A DNA stretch of 60,033 nucleotides from a virus (Duplodnaviria > Caudoviricetes). The stretch spans positions 1 to 60,033 of the IMG/VR virus record IMGVR_UViG_3300037484_000683, one strand, 5' to 3'. Position 1 is the first letter of the stretch. Every line of letters begins with the position of its first letter. The notes beneath the pieces are model-generated. The model worked only from the letters and a program-made list of their open reading frames with translations. It had not been told where the DNA came from and did no database searches. Shown here piece after piece: positions 1 to 9,409 of this stretch. A program made the position numbers and the translations under genes.

Positions 1-43
1 TTCCAGATGCTTATCTAGTTGCCAGCCGTATGGCCCGCAAAAA
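1..43. repeat. Terminal overlap, copy 1 (circular assembly)
   Basis: 1-43 equals 59991-60033 except position 23 (C vs T). Confidence 0.95.
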
Positions 44-162
44 TTATAAACAGCGCCGCATGGTAAAGTGACGCTAGTAAAATGCTTTTCGATTGGAGAT
101 TGTTCACCGTGTTCTGGACAGGTTATTTTGATCTCAGATAATGGGACTAATTGAAGTGTCAT
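1..162 (-). CDS. Small Cys/His protein (CPEHG...LPCG), 5' part; continues across the junction to 59952
   Basis: ATG at 162 after GGGG; manual translation MTLQLVPLSEIKITCPEHGEQ...GWQLDKHLE joins in frame to KQVIKPGPSETK* at 59990-59952. Confidence 0.7.
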   Translation of the reverse strand, partial: MTLQLVPLSEIKITCPEHGEQSPIEKHFTSVTLPCGAVYNFCGPYGWQLDKHLE

Positions 163-305
163 AATTTCCCCCATTTTCTTTTCCAGTCAATCTGTAACGG
201 GCCAATAGAAAAAAAGAGACGATAACCAAAACGTGTAACCATTCCAAGATACCAATATCGCCACCGCAATCTAAAGGCTATAATCCAAACAGGCAGGAAA
301 ATCAT
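159..305 (-). CDS. Small hydrophobic hypothetical protein (48 aa)
   Basis: Manual ORF MIFLPVWIIAFRLRWR...; ATGA overlaps with both neighbours; GGAG RBS. Confidence 0.5.
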   Translation of the reverse strand: MIFLPVWIIAFRLRWRYWYLGMVTRFGYRLFFSIGPLQIDWKRKWGKL

Positions 306-508
306 TTCGTCTCCGATGGGCCGGGGATTTTAGGGAAAGAAAAAACACCTATTGCACGGCTAAACCCAAACGCGACCGCCGCTTCACAGGCTTTAATTGT
401 GGCATCAAAAGAGTGCGTCCTATCGTAAATAGAACTAACGTCCTCAATTGGATACGGAAAACTTTTCGCAATTTCTTGTAGGATTCTATCCTTAAGTTGA
501 TTATCCAT
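302..508 (-). CDS. Hypothetical protein
   Basis: ORF track 302..532; start moved to the ATG at 508, which overlaps the upstream TAA (TAATG). Confidence 0.6.
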   Translation of the reverse strand: MDNQLKDRILQEIAKSFPYPIEDVSSIYDRTHSFDATIKACEAAVAFGFSRAIGVFSFPKIPGPSETK

Positions 509-1263
509 TATGTCCTCGGAGATGTTGAGCACCGGCAGTTAATGGTTTCTTCTGGCGGCCCCGCCGGATCGTGCGGGTATAACATAGGCCAACCTCCTAC
601 GCTAAATGGCGAGCCGACCCTCACCACTTGCCCGTCAATAGCGCGATGGTCTTGACGGGTGCGGTTATCGTGGGTTGCCAGCCATTCGTGAAATTCTACG
701 CCCCAAGCGCTGTACAATCTATAACTGACAGCATTAAGGGCCTTCATTGTTTCAGTTCGAGCTATCGTCTCAAGCCGATATTCCGGCAACCGCTGATTAA
801 ACCATTCAAATTCTGCCGGGGTTACATTGCCAGTCATCCATTGATTGAATAATGTCTCAAGATGCTTCATTGTCATCGGCACTGACCAGCCCTCACTCAC
901 ACCTTGCTCAATTAACCGCCTGATAGTTTCTTCAGTAGTGGCATTGATATACTGAGCAAAATTGATTGTGTATTCATTAAACCATTCCTGAGCTAGTAAG
1001 TCCGCTGCCGGATAGGTCTGTTTGAATTGCCGGTTCAGGTCGTTTACCCGGTCAGTCATCAGGCTGCTAACCGCGCCCGTCATCTGCTGTTGCCAACTGG
1101 CAAGCGACGGGCCGGCCAGATAAACCGCTATTGCCCCGGTCACTACATCCCAATTCAGGCTTGACCGTTGCCGCCTGGCTTCGCGGTTGGCGTCGTTGAT
1201 GATGGCCTCAATATAGCGTTGGTCTGCGGTAAATGAGGCAGTGGCCGCAGTGCTGAATTGCAC
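508..1263 (-). CDS. Phage head morphogenesis protein (SPP1 gp7 / Mu gpF family); probably reached by -1 frameshift from portal
   Basis: Motifs TIARTE, EWLATHDNRTRQDH, HDPAGPPEETINCRC; directly downstream of portal. Confidence 0.9.
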   Translation of the reverse strand: MQFSTAATASFTADQRYIEAIINDANREARRQRSSLNWDVVTGAIAVYLAGPSLASWQQQMTGAVSSLMTDRVNDLNRQFKQTYPAADLLAQEWFNEYTINFAQYINATTEETIRRLIEQGVSEGWSVPMTMKHLETLFNQWMTGNVTPAEFEWFNQRLPEYRLETIARTETMKALNAVSYRLYSAWGVEFHEWLATHDNRTRQDHRAIDGQVVRVGSPFSVGGWPMLYPHDPAGPPEETINCRCSTSPRT

Positions 1264-1316
1264 TTCATAGCTGACGGCAAGTTCATCGGCTTTGGCCCGG
1301 AAGGATTCACGGTCTT

Positions 1317-2744
1317 TTAGTTGGGCTTTTTTTTTACAGGAGGATTGTTTTTATAATCCCAATCCTGAGAAGTCCATTTTTCAAATTCAGCCTCTTTGCG
1401 TTTTAGTAATTCGTCTGCCTCCTCCTCAGCTTCAGGCATGGTCTCATCCCGTGGAACAACTTCTACAGGCTGTTGAGCTTGCCTGGTTAATTCCGGGTTG
1501 GGGTCTAATCCCAAAACGGCCCGGTATTCGTCAACCGTTACGGCCTTCAGTCCCAGGGCTTTCTCAAACCTATCGGCCTGCACCAGCTTACGCTTGACGT
1601 AAGCGGGCGTATTGCCCAGATCATACATTACAAAAGAGCCGTCATCACCCTGTAGGTAGTATTGCCAATCGGATTGCCACCAGTTTAATTCCGGCTCCAT
1701 TGTGTCTTCCCAAAACATTAGCCGGTCAGTTTCTTTGTTTGAGTAGGTAGAGGTGACTAATTGTGGCCGGCTTTCAATGAGTGTAAGTGGCACCCCGTAC
1801 GGGCCGACTATGCGGCTTTCATCGCGGGCATCAATAGAACTGACATCCATCTCCTGGAAAGTGAAGCCGATACGCTGATATTTACCGCCCTGGTCCAGGA
1901 CTGCAACGCTTTCCTCGGCCCAATTCTCGGAACCGCCGTAGACCTCATTCCAACGCCGGCGGGCCGCGCTAACATCATCTTCTTGCATTGGCACATCAAA
2001 GGACAAAAGGCCGCTGGGCATTGCGCCGGCCTTAAAGAACAGTCGAAAGAACTTGGTCAGGTCATTGTCTACATCGGCGCTATGGGCGGCAGCGGAGAGG
2101 GGGGAGAGACCATAGCCCAAACCGTCAAGGGGGTCGCCGGGGTTGGGTAGCTTATTATGCATCACATCTTGGGGCAGGTAGGGCACCCCATCATTCCAAC
2201 TCCGGCCCTCCGGTACGTACCAAAAGCCGATAACCCGCTTGCGGTCAGTCGTTGGCACAATAAATACCCGGTCAGGGCGTAGATTGTACATCTCAGGGAT
2301 AGTGCCCCTGGAGCGGTTGAATATGGTAAAATTATTGCCGGATATGAGCCAGTAGACCCAGGCTTGTGACTTAAATTCAGCCCAGCTTTGGAAGGGGTTG
2401 GGTCGCATGCAGAGCGATTGCAGCCAGTGATTGGGGGGGAGTAATTCGGGCTGCTCAGGCGTGCCGGTGTAGGCCCGTAGGGGCACTTGAGTAGCCGCCC
2501 GTGTTTTATACATTATGGCAGCGTAAATAATAGCGTTGGCATTAAACCCCTCAGTGACATATGCCTCATAGTTGATTAGCTGCCATTGGGGTTGACCATT
2601 GACCCAGGTCGGCCAGATGAAGGGGATTTTCTTGACCTGCCCCCCGGTTGAGGTGGGAGCTTGCATAAAGCGCCGGTAGCCGTGTTGGTAGAATTGATAG
2701 GCCGCTTTGAGGCGATGCCAGGGAGAGGGTTTAGATTGGATCAT
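1317..2744 (-). CDS. Portal protein (HK97 family)
   Basis: LISGNNF, LRPDRV, GLSPL, GAMPSGLL motifs; follows terminase. Confidence 0.93.
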   Translation of the reverse strand: MIQSKPSPWHRLKAAYQFYQHGYRRFMQAPTSTGGQVKKIPFIWPTWVNGQPQWQLINYEAYVTEGFNANAIIYAAIMYKTRAATQVPLRAYTGTPEQPELLPPNHWLQSLCMRPNPFQSWAEFKSQAWVYWLISGNNFTIFNRSRGTIPEMYNLRPDRVFIVPTTDRKRVIGFWYVPEGRSWNDGVPYLPQDVMHNKLPNPGDPLDGLGYGLSPLSAAAHSADVDNDLTKFFRLFFKAGAMPSGLLSFDVPMQEDDVSAARRRWNEVYGGSENWAEESVAVLDQGGKYQRIGFTFQEMDVSSIDARDESRIVGPYGVPLTLIESRPQLVTSTYSNKETDRLMFWEDTMEPELNWWQSDWQYYLQGDDGSFVMYDLGNTPAYVKRKLVQADRFEKALGLKAVTVDEYRAVLGLDPNPELTRQAQQPVEVVPRDETMPEAEEEADELLKRKEAEFEKWTSQDWDYKNNPPVKKKPN

Positions 2745-2889
2745 TTGTACCTCAATATAATCTTGGCCACTTCAGAATGACTCATCTTCTTTTTAGCCAG
2801 CATCTTTTGAAAGTGCAGTAGCAAATAGATATGCCGCTTTTCAGGAGTTTTGTGTACCCAATAAAAGGGGAACCGAGGCAAAAATAGAG

Positions 2890-4572
2890 TCATCCCACAA
2901 AGACTCCTTGCTTAAATAATCTATTTGGAGCTACACACAAACAAAATCCATCACCATCATCAGGAGAGCGGCTAAACTTGTCCTTGAACTTCTCTTTTGA
3001 GACAAGTTGCTTTAAGTCCAGTCGGGATTGTCCGTTACTTGTTTTGATGACATACCCATATTGCCGTTCACACAAGTCCGTCTCAAGATTAGGAGACGGT
3101 GATAAAAGCCTGAGTACCTTTAATGCCTGCCCGGCGTGGTAATACATCTCAGTTACACTATCGGCAAACTTGTCGTTTTCCAGGGCGGTTCCATTATTAT
3201 GGACTTCAAAAACCTTAAAAAGATCAAACCAGCTTTGCAGGTCGGCATCCCGGCGCAAGTTGTCAACGCAAGTTGAATGGTAGCCCCCGCCGGCGTCAAC
3301 TCTGACCCATACCCGTTTGACACCCTTATCTCTCAACTTCTGGCAAGCCTTTTTGACGGCCAGGTAATAAGCAAAGCCATCTTGCTTGGCTATCTCGGTT
3401 TCTTTCCAAACCATGCCGGCGTGCCGGATATAGATCGTGCCTTTGTCGTTTCCATAGCGGGCCGCATCAACTCCTAGCCACGCCTCCTCTGGATTATCCC
3501 CATCATACGGGGGATTGCTAATAGCTGCCTCGTATCGCCCTGGTGGGCAGAATGTGTCATCGGTTCCTTTAGACGAAGCAATACCCAGGACGCGCCAGAG
3601 GGTTTCGAGCGTGGGCCGGTAAATGGCACCGGGTTGCCAGGGTAGTTCAAAGGTATAATCATCCGCATTGTGTTCGTTGACTACCTCGCAGTTTTCAAGC
3701 ATCCCGGCAACGTATTCACGTCTAACCGAGCCGGGGATTATCTCTTTATCCTCTAAAACATTGGGATGCTCCAAGCAACTAATCCGAAAGGATTTGACGT
3801 TTTCGCGCCGCCTGATTTTGTGCGCTTTACAGGTGGTGGTGCGAGGGTTTCGAAGGATCAAAACGATAACGATACCACCGGAGGCCATACTTTCTACCGC
3901 CTCCCAAATGAAACCGGGTATACCTTCGGCTTCATCTAAAACAAACATCAGGTATTTACCATGCTGCCCTTGCGCCCGTTCGGTTCCTGTGCCTTTGGCG
4001 TTGTTTGTGGCCTTACCCTTTACGAAATGATTGCCCTTATACTTGATACGCGGCTCTAAAAGCACCTCGCCGGGCAGGTTTTTACCATCTCTATCGGTGC
4101 GAATTTCTTTGAATAGCAAGTCATTGATCTGGTCATCACTTGGGGCAAAGCAGTAGATAATTGAGGGAGCAAAGCAATCAAAGAAGTGAGAAACAATACC
4201 GGCTGCCAGTTTGGTTTTGCCAACATTGTGACCGGCGTCAACCGATAACCAATTTTGAATAATTTGCCCCGGACGCCAGTATTCGAGATCATCAAGAGTG
4301 ATGTTACCTTGCTCAAAATCGTAACGCTCATGCTGCTGGCGGAGGGCTAAAATGTAAGCATCAAGTATCTCAGATTGCTTATGCCAGGGGGTCCAGCCCA
4401 AAAACTGTTGAATATAGCCGGGGTCAAAGCGGTAGGGGGTAAAGCGTTCATCAACCTGCTCTACCTCGCTCACCACCTCCGCCATAAACGCATCGGCCTG
4501 CGCTGAGGGCAATGATAAAAACCAGCGGGCTAAAGCGGGGTCAACCTGCGAAATGACATCACTCCGTAACAT
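2890..4572 (-). CDS. terL: Terminase large subunit
   Basis: Walker A AGHNVGKT, Walker B FVLDEAEG, nuclease motifs LGVDAARYGND and SPDDGD. Confidence 0.95.
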   Translation of the reverse strand: MLRSDVISQVDPALARWFLSLPSAQADAFMAEVVSEVEQVDERFTPYRFDPGYIQQFLGWTPWHKQSEILDAYILALRQQHERYDFEQGNITLDDLEYWRPGQIIQNWLSVDAGHNVGKTKLAAGIVSHFFDCFAPSIIYCFAPSDDQINDLLFKEIRTDRDGKNLPGEVLLEPRIKYKGNHFVKGKATNNAKGTGTERAQGQHGKYLMFVLDEAEGIPGFIWEAVESMASGGIVIVLILRNPRTTTCKAHKIRRRENVKSFRISCLEHPNVLEDKEIIPGSVRREYVAGMLENCEVVNEHNADDYTFELPWQPGAIYRPTLETLWRVLGIASSKGTDDTFCPPGRYEAAISNPPYDGDNPEEAWLGVDAARYGNDKGTIYIRHAGMVWKETEIAKQDGFAYYLAVKKACQKLRDKGVKRVWVRVDAGGGYHSTCVDNLRRDADLQSWFDLFKVFEVHNNGTALENDKFADSVTEMYYHAGQALKVLRLLSPSPNLETDLCERQYGYVIKTSNGQSRLDLKQLVSKEKFKDKFSRSPDDGDGFCLCVAPNRLFKQGVFVG

Positions 4573-5110
4573 CTTTGTCCTGTAGGATTGCTGCCTGTTG
4601 TGTCATTGCTCTAAATTGCCGCTTTGCTTCTTCCGCATCAATATTGGGGGGGAGTTTGTCACGCCAGGAGATTTCGACTTTATCATTATACATGCCGTGA
4701 TAGCGCATTATTTTATCAAGTGCGGCCTGAGCGTCGTAAAGTTCAAAATGGGTTTTATAATGAACTTTGCCATTCTTATCTTCGTAAACATCCATAGTCA
4801 GCCTTTTAATCAGATGGGATTTAGGGTGGTTTTTCAAATCCGCCATTAACTGAATATCGGCAAACTCGCCCAGGTCGCCCCGCGCGTGTTCAGATAGCCG
4901 GGTAAGGGCTTCATCGGCTGACATAAGACGCTCGTCTAACCGCAACCTGATGTAGTCCATTATCTGTACTTTTCTGTAGTTATCAGAGCCTATCTTTGCT
5001 AACGAAACATCGTTGCCATCATAGCCGGCCCGTCGGGCTGCCTCGGTTTTGTTGAAGGTTTCAAGGTAGGCATTGGCCCACGCTTTTTGCTTGTCTGTTA
5101 AATCTGCCAT
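4559..5110 (-). CDS. terS: Terminase small subunit
   Basis: N-terminal LTDKQKAWANAYL..NKTEAARRAGY HTH; upstream of terL. Confidence 0.9.
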   Translation of the reverse strand: MADLTDKQKAWANAYLETFNKTEAARRAGYDGNDVSLAKIGSDNYRKVQIMDYIRLRLDERLMSADEALTRLSEHARGDLGEFADIQLMADLKNHPKSHLIKRLTMDVYEDKNGKVHYKTHFELYDAQAALDKIMRYHGMYNDKVEISWRDKLPPNIDAEEAKRQFRAMTQQAAILQDKDVTE

Positions 5111-5160
5111 AAGGTATCTTCGCTCAACTCACCCGCTAACGAGGCGCGGGGGTTGGGTGG

Positions 5161-5880
5161 TTATTTAACCGCTATCCAGCCGGCAAAATTCATCCACCGC
5201 CAAAAACAATCAATATGATTAAATCCGGCCATCTTCAAAAGCTCCTCATTCCAGCGAGCCGTAACCGGAACTAACACCCCCTCAAGGCTTAATCGCTTGC
5301 GTTCTATTTGTTCCTGAGTATAGCCATTATGAGCTTTTAGACCGTAGTAGAGTTTTACCATTAGCTCATCTAACTCAGCATCAGCGCCTAACAGTTTTTC
5401 AACCAGGATCAAGGCGCCGCCAGGGGAAAGGTGTTTGTAAATATTCCTGATAATCCGCTGTCGGTATTCAATCGGTGTAAACTGCAAAGTTAGAACACAA
5501 AGGGTGACGCTTGAATAAACTGGGGGGTAATCCGTTCTTAAATCAAGCTGCCTGATGTCTACCGTCTTGCTATTGATATAGCCCTCAAACCGGCTGCGAC
5601 AAGCCTCTAACATTGGCAAGCTAACTTCTACGCCGATGAAGCGATTACCAGCGCCGTATTTATCAATAAGCTCTGCTATAGCCTCACCCCGGCTACAGCC
5701 CAGGTCTACAATATCGGTGTTAGGTTGCCGGTACTGGCAAGCAATATCAAGGCAGGCTTGACGCATCACGGCGTACTGAGGGATTGACCGGGCCAGCATA
5801 TCATCAAAGACGTGAGTTACATCAGGATCAAATTCCCACTTGCCGACGGGTAGGGTTTGGTCAATCATTTGAGTTTGCAT
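5161..5880 (-). CDS. cmoA: CmoA-like carboxy-SAM synthase (class I SAM fold)
   Basis: WEFDPDVTHVFDDMLARSIPQY, DLGCSRG, LTLQF, GYTQEQIERKRLSLEGV and NFAGWIAVK follow CmoA family patterns. Confidence 0.85.
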   Translation of the reverse strand: MQTQMIDQTLPVGKWEFDPDVTHVFDDMLARSIPQYAVMRQACLDIACQYRQPNTDIVDLGCSRGEAIAELIDKYGAGNRFIGVEVSLPMLEACRSRFEGYINSKTVDIRQLDLRTDYPPVYSSVTLCVLTLQFTPIEYRQRIIRNIYKHLSPGGALILVEKLLGADAELDELMVKLYYGLKAHNGYTQEQIERKRLSLEGVLVPVTARWNEELLKMAGFNHIDCFWRWMNFAGWIAVK

Positions 5881-7448
5881 AGTATCTCATCTCTAATTAC
5901 CTGAGCCACCGCCGCCATCATCACCGGAGGCACAGCCCGCCCCAATCGCTCCCATTGCTGACTGTAGGTTCCTGTTAGTTGAAAGTCATCAGGAAAGGCA
6001 CAGATACGCTTAAGTTCGGCAATGGTGAATTTTCGCTTTTCGGTCAGTCCGGCCTTGTAGACAAGGCCGGACTGACCTCTGCCGTGTGTCATTATCGTAG
6101 GAACAACATCGTTAGGCCCAAATTCTCGCTCCGCCCCTGTTACAGCATTCCAACCGCTTTCAGGCTCAACTACCCAATGAGTCCCTATGCTATCGCTTAG
6201 AACAGTTGGCGCGGGTTGGTCGGTAATATCACCATCATTGCCAAAAGCCCCGCGCTTATCTCGATAAGCGCGGGTTTCAACTTCAAATTGTCCTGACCCG
6301 CCGCCGGCTATAATAGTCGGTGCGAGCGCGGCGAGATTGTCAATCTCGCCGCGCTGTGAAGAGTGACCATTTTTGCCACCCTGTTTTATTTGCGCCTCAA
6401 CTAGCGCAGGCGGGAAACGTCCGTTTCCCGCCTGCGCTCCTGTTCCTATTGTGCCGCTTGGGTGTTGCCCGGCGTCTTGCCAGCCGCCACCGCCAAAACC
6501 GCCATTGTCTCCCTGCCTGACAATCCAGGGAATAGCCTCTCTGACACTATACCGATATGTTAACGGCTTCGGGTAAACCGGCTCTAAGCCCAAATCATTT
6601 CGCACCCCGATAAAGATAATCCGCTGCCTCATCTGTGGGACGCCTAACCACTGGGCGTCAAGTAGTTTAGCTTTGACGTTGTAACCACAATCTTTTAGCT
6701 CCTGTAGGATTAGCTTAAAGTATCCTTTTGCTGTTCCCTTGACAAGCCCGCTGACATTTTCGGCTACAAAGACTTTAGGCTGTAACCCATTTAGGATTCG
6801 GGCGTATTCAAAGAACAGATCATCAGTGCGCTGTTTGGTATCGCTATAGTTTTTGACTTTACCCCAACCGGCCTCACGCTTGCCCGCCGTTGAGAACGAA
6901 GCGCACGGCGGGGAGCCGTCCATTAGATCAAGTTCACCAGCCTTTAATCCGATTGCTTCTAATATTTCCCCTGGCTCGACCGCGCGAATATCACGGGTAT
7001 CTAAAATTGATCCGGGGTGGTTAAGCCGGTAAACCTCCTGGGCTGCCGGGATAAACTCGGAAGCCCATAGGACTTTGAAGCCGGCCATGCGATAGCCCAA
7101 ACAGCTACCGCCACAGCCTGAAAATGTACTTATGGCAGTAAAGCCATTCCAGGGTAGGGCGGCTATATCGGTCATTAGAGGGACTTGGTAAGGGGGTTTA
7201 TTTTCTACTCGCTGCTTTGTCATTTTGCCATCATTTTCTATGTAATACCTTACCGACCTATTGGCCTGCACCGTTGGAAACGGCTTGTCAGTCACATCTA
7301 CAAATAAGTGACCGCTGCCCCCCCCGCGTAACCTTAGACCATTGGCATCTTCAACAAAGATGCGCTGATTATTTCGGCTGGCCGGCCCATTCGTATCCAC
7401 ATTTTGGGCAACAGTACGCGGTTTCAATATCTTCACCATATTCTCCAA
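5865..7448 (-). CDS. C5 cytosine DNA methyltransferase fold, predicted carboxymethyltransferase
   Basis: FSGCGG, GSPPC, ENV and QMRQR motifs; motif X reads GRAV instead of GNAV; start position uncertain. Confidence 0.9.
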   Translation of the reverse strand: MENMVKILKPRTVAQNVDTNGPASRNNQRIFVEDANGLRLRGGGSGHLFVDVTDKPFPTVQANRSVRYYIENDGKMTKQRVENKPPYQVPLMTDIAALPWNGFTAISTFSGCGGSCLGYRMAGFKVLWASEFIPAAQEVYRLNHPGSILDTRDIRAVEPGEILEAIGLKAGELDLMDGSPPCASFSTAGKREAGWGKVKNYSDTKQRTDDLFFEYARILNGLQPKVFVAENVSGLVKGTAKGYFKLILQELKDCGYNVKAKLLDAQWLGVPQMRQRIIFIGVRNDLGLEPVYPKPLTYRYSVREAIPWIVRQGDNGGFGGGGWQDAGQHPSGTIGTGAQAGNGRFPPALVEAQIKQGGKNGHSSQRGEIDNLAALAPTIIAGGGSGQFEVETRAYRDKRGAFGNDGDITDQPAPTVLSDSIGTHWVVEPESGWNAVTGAEREFGPNDVVPTIMTHGRGQSGLVYKAGLTEKRKFTIAELKRICAFPDDFQLTGTYSQQWERLGRAVPPVMMAAVAQVIRDEILCKLK

Positions 7449-7917
7449 AGTCCTCCGGCGACTCTACTTGCCGATCAAGCAACCCATTAGCCGCTCGCAA
7501 CCGCAGCGACTCCAACATCCCGGCCAGCCCCGGCCTATCCGCTGTCATGGCGCGGGTGCGTTCAAGCAGCAGTGCCAACTTTTCGGGGATAGGCTGGGCT
7601 TGCTCGGTGATGGCATCGTGAATTTGCAGGGCTAGTAATTCCTCATCAGGCGTCAAGTCGTAATAGTCAACGGGGATTTGTAACGCCGGGTCTTTAACTA
7701 GGGCGCGGGTTACTCGCAAATGACCATCAAATATACGGTTCGTGGATATGTTTACCTTAACGCTGCCAACCCAGCCCAGCAGATCAAGGCTATCGTCAAG
7801 TGATTCGGCTTGCGCCTCTGGATGGCCCCGCCAATTCGCCTCGTTGAACTTATGGGCTAATTCCTCCGCTGTCTCATAGCCGATTTTAACGCGCCGATCT
7901 TCCCAGATGTCATTCAC
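7369..7917 (-). CDS. ParB-like N-terminal domain protein with C-terminal Zn ribbon
   Basis: NWRGHP, IFDGHLR, CPKCGYEW; typical neighbour of phage methyltransferases. Confidence 0.75.
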   Translation of the reverse strand: MNDIWEDRRVKIGYETAEELAHKFNEANWRGHPEAQAESLDDSLDLLGWVGSVKVNISTNRIFDGHLRVTRALVKDPALQIPVDYYDLTPDEELLALQIHDAITEQAQPIPEKLALLLERTRAMTADRPGLAGMLESLRLRAANGLLDRQVESPEDFGEYGEDIETAYCCPKCGYEWAGQPK

Positions 7918-8144
7918 AATTTAATCGCCTCCGGGAACTCTTCACACTCCCACCAGCTACCCCAATCATTACCCCGCCAGTCAGCGTACTCCCACCGGCC
8001 CGATTGAAAACGGTATACCCGGTCGCCGGCGGCATTGATATTTGAGGCATTTACCCGGCGAGCCAGGGCCAGACGTTTAGCCGGAATAGGCGGGTGTTCC
8101 TCCGGGGGATGTTGACGGTAGTTAGCAGGGTAAGGATGATACAT
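7914..8144 (-). CDS. Hypothetical protein
   Basis: ORF coupled to neighbours. Confidence 0.55.
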   Translation of the reverse strand: MYHPYPANYRQHPPEEHPPIPAKRLALARRVNASNINAAGDRVYRFQSGRWEYADWRGNDWGSWWECEEFPEAIKL

Positions 8145-8145
8145 A

Positions 8146-8430
8146 CTATGGCTGGCCCCGCAAAGCTGGATTGTCCATAATTGCTAGCGCAATCGGCCCG
8201 CAAAGTTGCATTACCATTTCCTCATCTAAGGTGATGCCGTAAGCGTTCTCAAAACAGTGTAAAACTTCGTGCCATAAGGTGACAAAGGTCTGGCTATCCG
8301 ACTTGCCGGTGGATAGGTTGATCTGTCCATTTTCGTGATGCGCTTGCCCCCACAGGGATTCGCCGTCATCGTTCTTTAATCCTTCCACCCAAACCACGTC
8401 ATAGAGAAGCGGGCCGACTTTGATTTTCAC
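8146..8430 (-). CDS. Small HEXXH metallopeptidase-like protein
   Basis: TLWHEVLH; start placed at the GTG overlapping the upstream stop. Confidence 0.7.
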   Translation of the reverse strand: MKIKVGPLLYDVVWVEGLKNDDGESLWGQAHHENGQINLSTGKSDSQTFVTLWHEVLHCFENAYGITLDEEMVMQLCGPIALAIMDNPALRGQP

Positions 8431-9026
8431 TTTACTCCGACTTCTACATTTACCAGCCAATCAGGGTCTTGGGCCGCGTAGTGGGCATCGGTCGCGCCCC
8501 AGGATTTGTATGTGCCATCTTTCCAGACAGTAGTTACCATTTTCTCAGTATATGCCAGCTTTTCCCAAATAGTCCTCAAAAACTGAGTTTGCTCATCGGT
8601 GAGACTAAAACGTTTCCGTCTCATCTCCCACGTTTTATTCATATCCGCCTCGGTGTCCCTTTCCAACCGAGCCGCTTCCCAATCAAAAAGCATTTCCAGA
8701 ATATCAATGAACGGCATATCCTCTATGCCATTTGGCCAGTGCTCTGGGTGGTGACTATTGCGGCTAAAATGCAACTGGACAGCATCTATCTTTATACCGG
8801 CTTCATAGTCTTTAGAGCCGTATTCCTGTTTTTGATGACTACGACCTATGTCAAGCTGACAAAAGCCTTCTAGCTCATCAAATTCAAGCTTTGATTGATC
8901 GTGTATATCGGCCCGCTGTTCCAGTTTTCGAGCCAATTCTCGTAAGAAAAAACTGACTTGTCTCTGGTGCCTGATAATTCTGGCAAGTGTTTTTATTTCG
9001 TCTGATAATTTCTCAGGCATCCTCAC
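8427..9026 (-). CDS. HD-like protein (DUF5662 type)
   Basis: HDQSK, HFSRNSHHPEHW, EMLFDW motifs. Confidence 0.75.
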   Translation of the reverse strand: MRMPEKLSDEIKTLARIIRHQRQVSFFLRELARKLEQRADIHDQSKLEFDELEGFCQLDIGRSHQKQEYGSKDYEAGIKIDAVQLHFSRNSHHPEHWPNGIEDMPFIDILEMLFDWEAARLERDTEADMNKTWEMRRKRFSLTDEQTQFLRTIWEKLAYTEKMVTTVWKDGTYKSWGATDAHYAAQDPDWLVNVEVGVK

Positions 9027-9120
9027 CCCTCCCCCACCACCAAATCAACATACCCACCAATGCCGCTGCAATCAGGGCCACAAGCAGGCCGATAAGGAGG
9101 CCGGCGGCGTCAATCATAAT

Positions 9121-9358
9121 TTAATATCCCAACGGGTTAGGAATTGGCACTTCGCACAATCCGATAGCGACAGCCTCCGCTAATTTCCATTCAAAGCGCT
9201 CTTCTTCTCCCTCTAAAAATTCATAGTTTTCATTTGGGTCAGACGGGTTTGTGTTTAATCTTTCCATCCTGGCTCTGTACCACAAAATGGCCAGTGATAA
9301 AACTTCATCCGTGCTTGTTTTTAGGATAAGCGGTTGCGCTCCGAATTGTGCCGTCATC
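9121..9358 (-). CDS. Hypothetical protein (possibly frameshifted from a start at 9410)
   Basis: ORF track 9121..9465; internal ATG overlaps the stop of an 18-codon ORF beginning at 9410. Confidence 0.45.
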
Positions 9359-9409
9359 GGTCCTCTATTCCATCCAATCGTTTTAGGATTGACTCCTCGT
9401 TTGCTGCCA

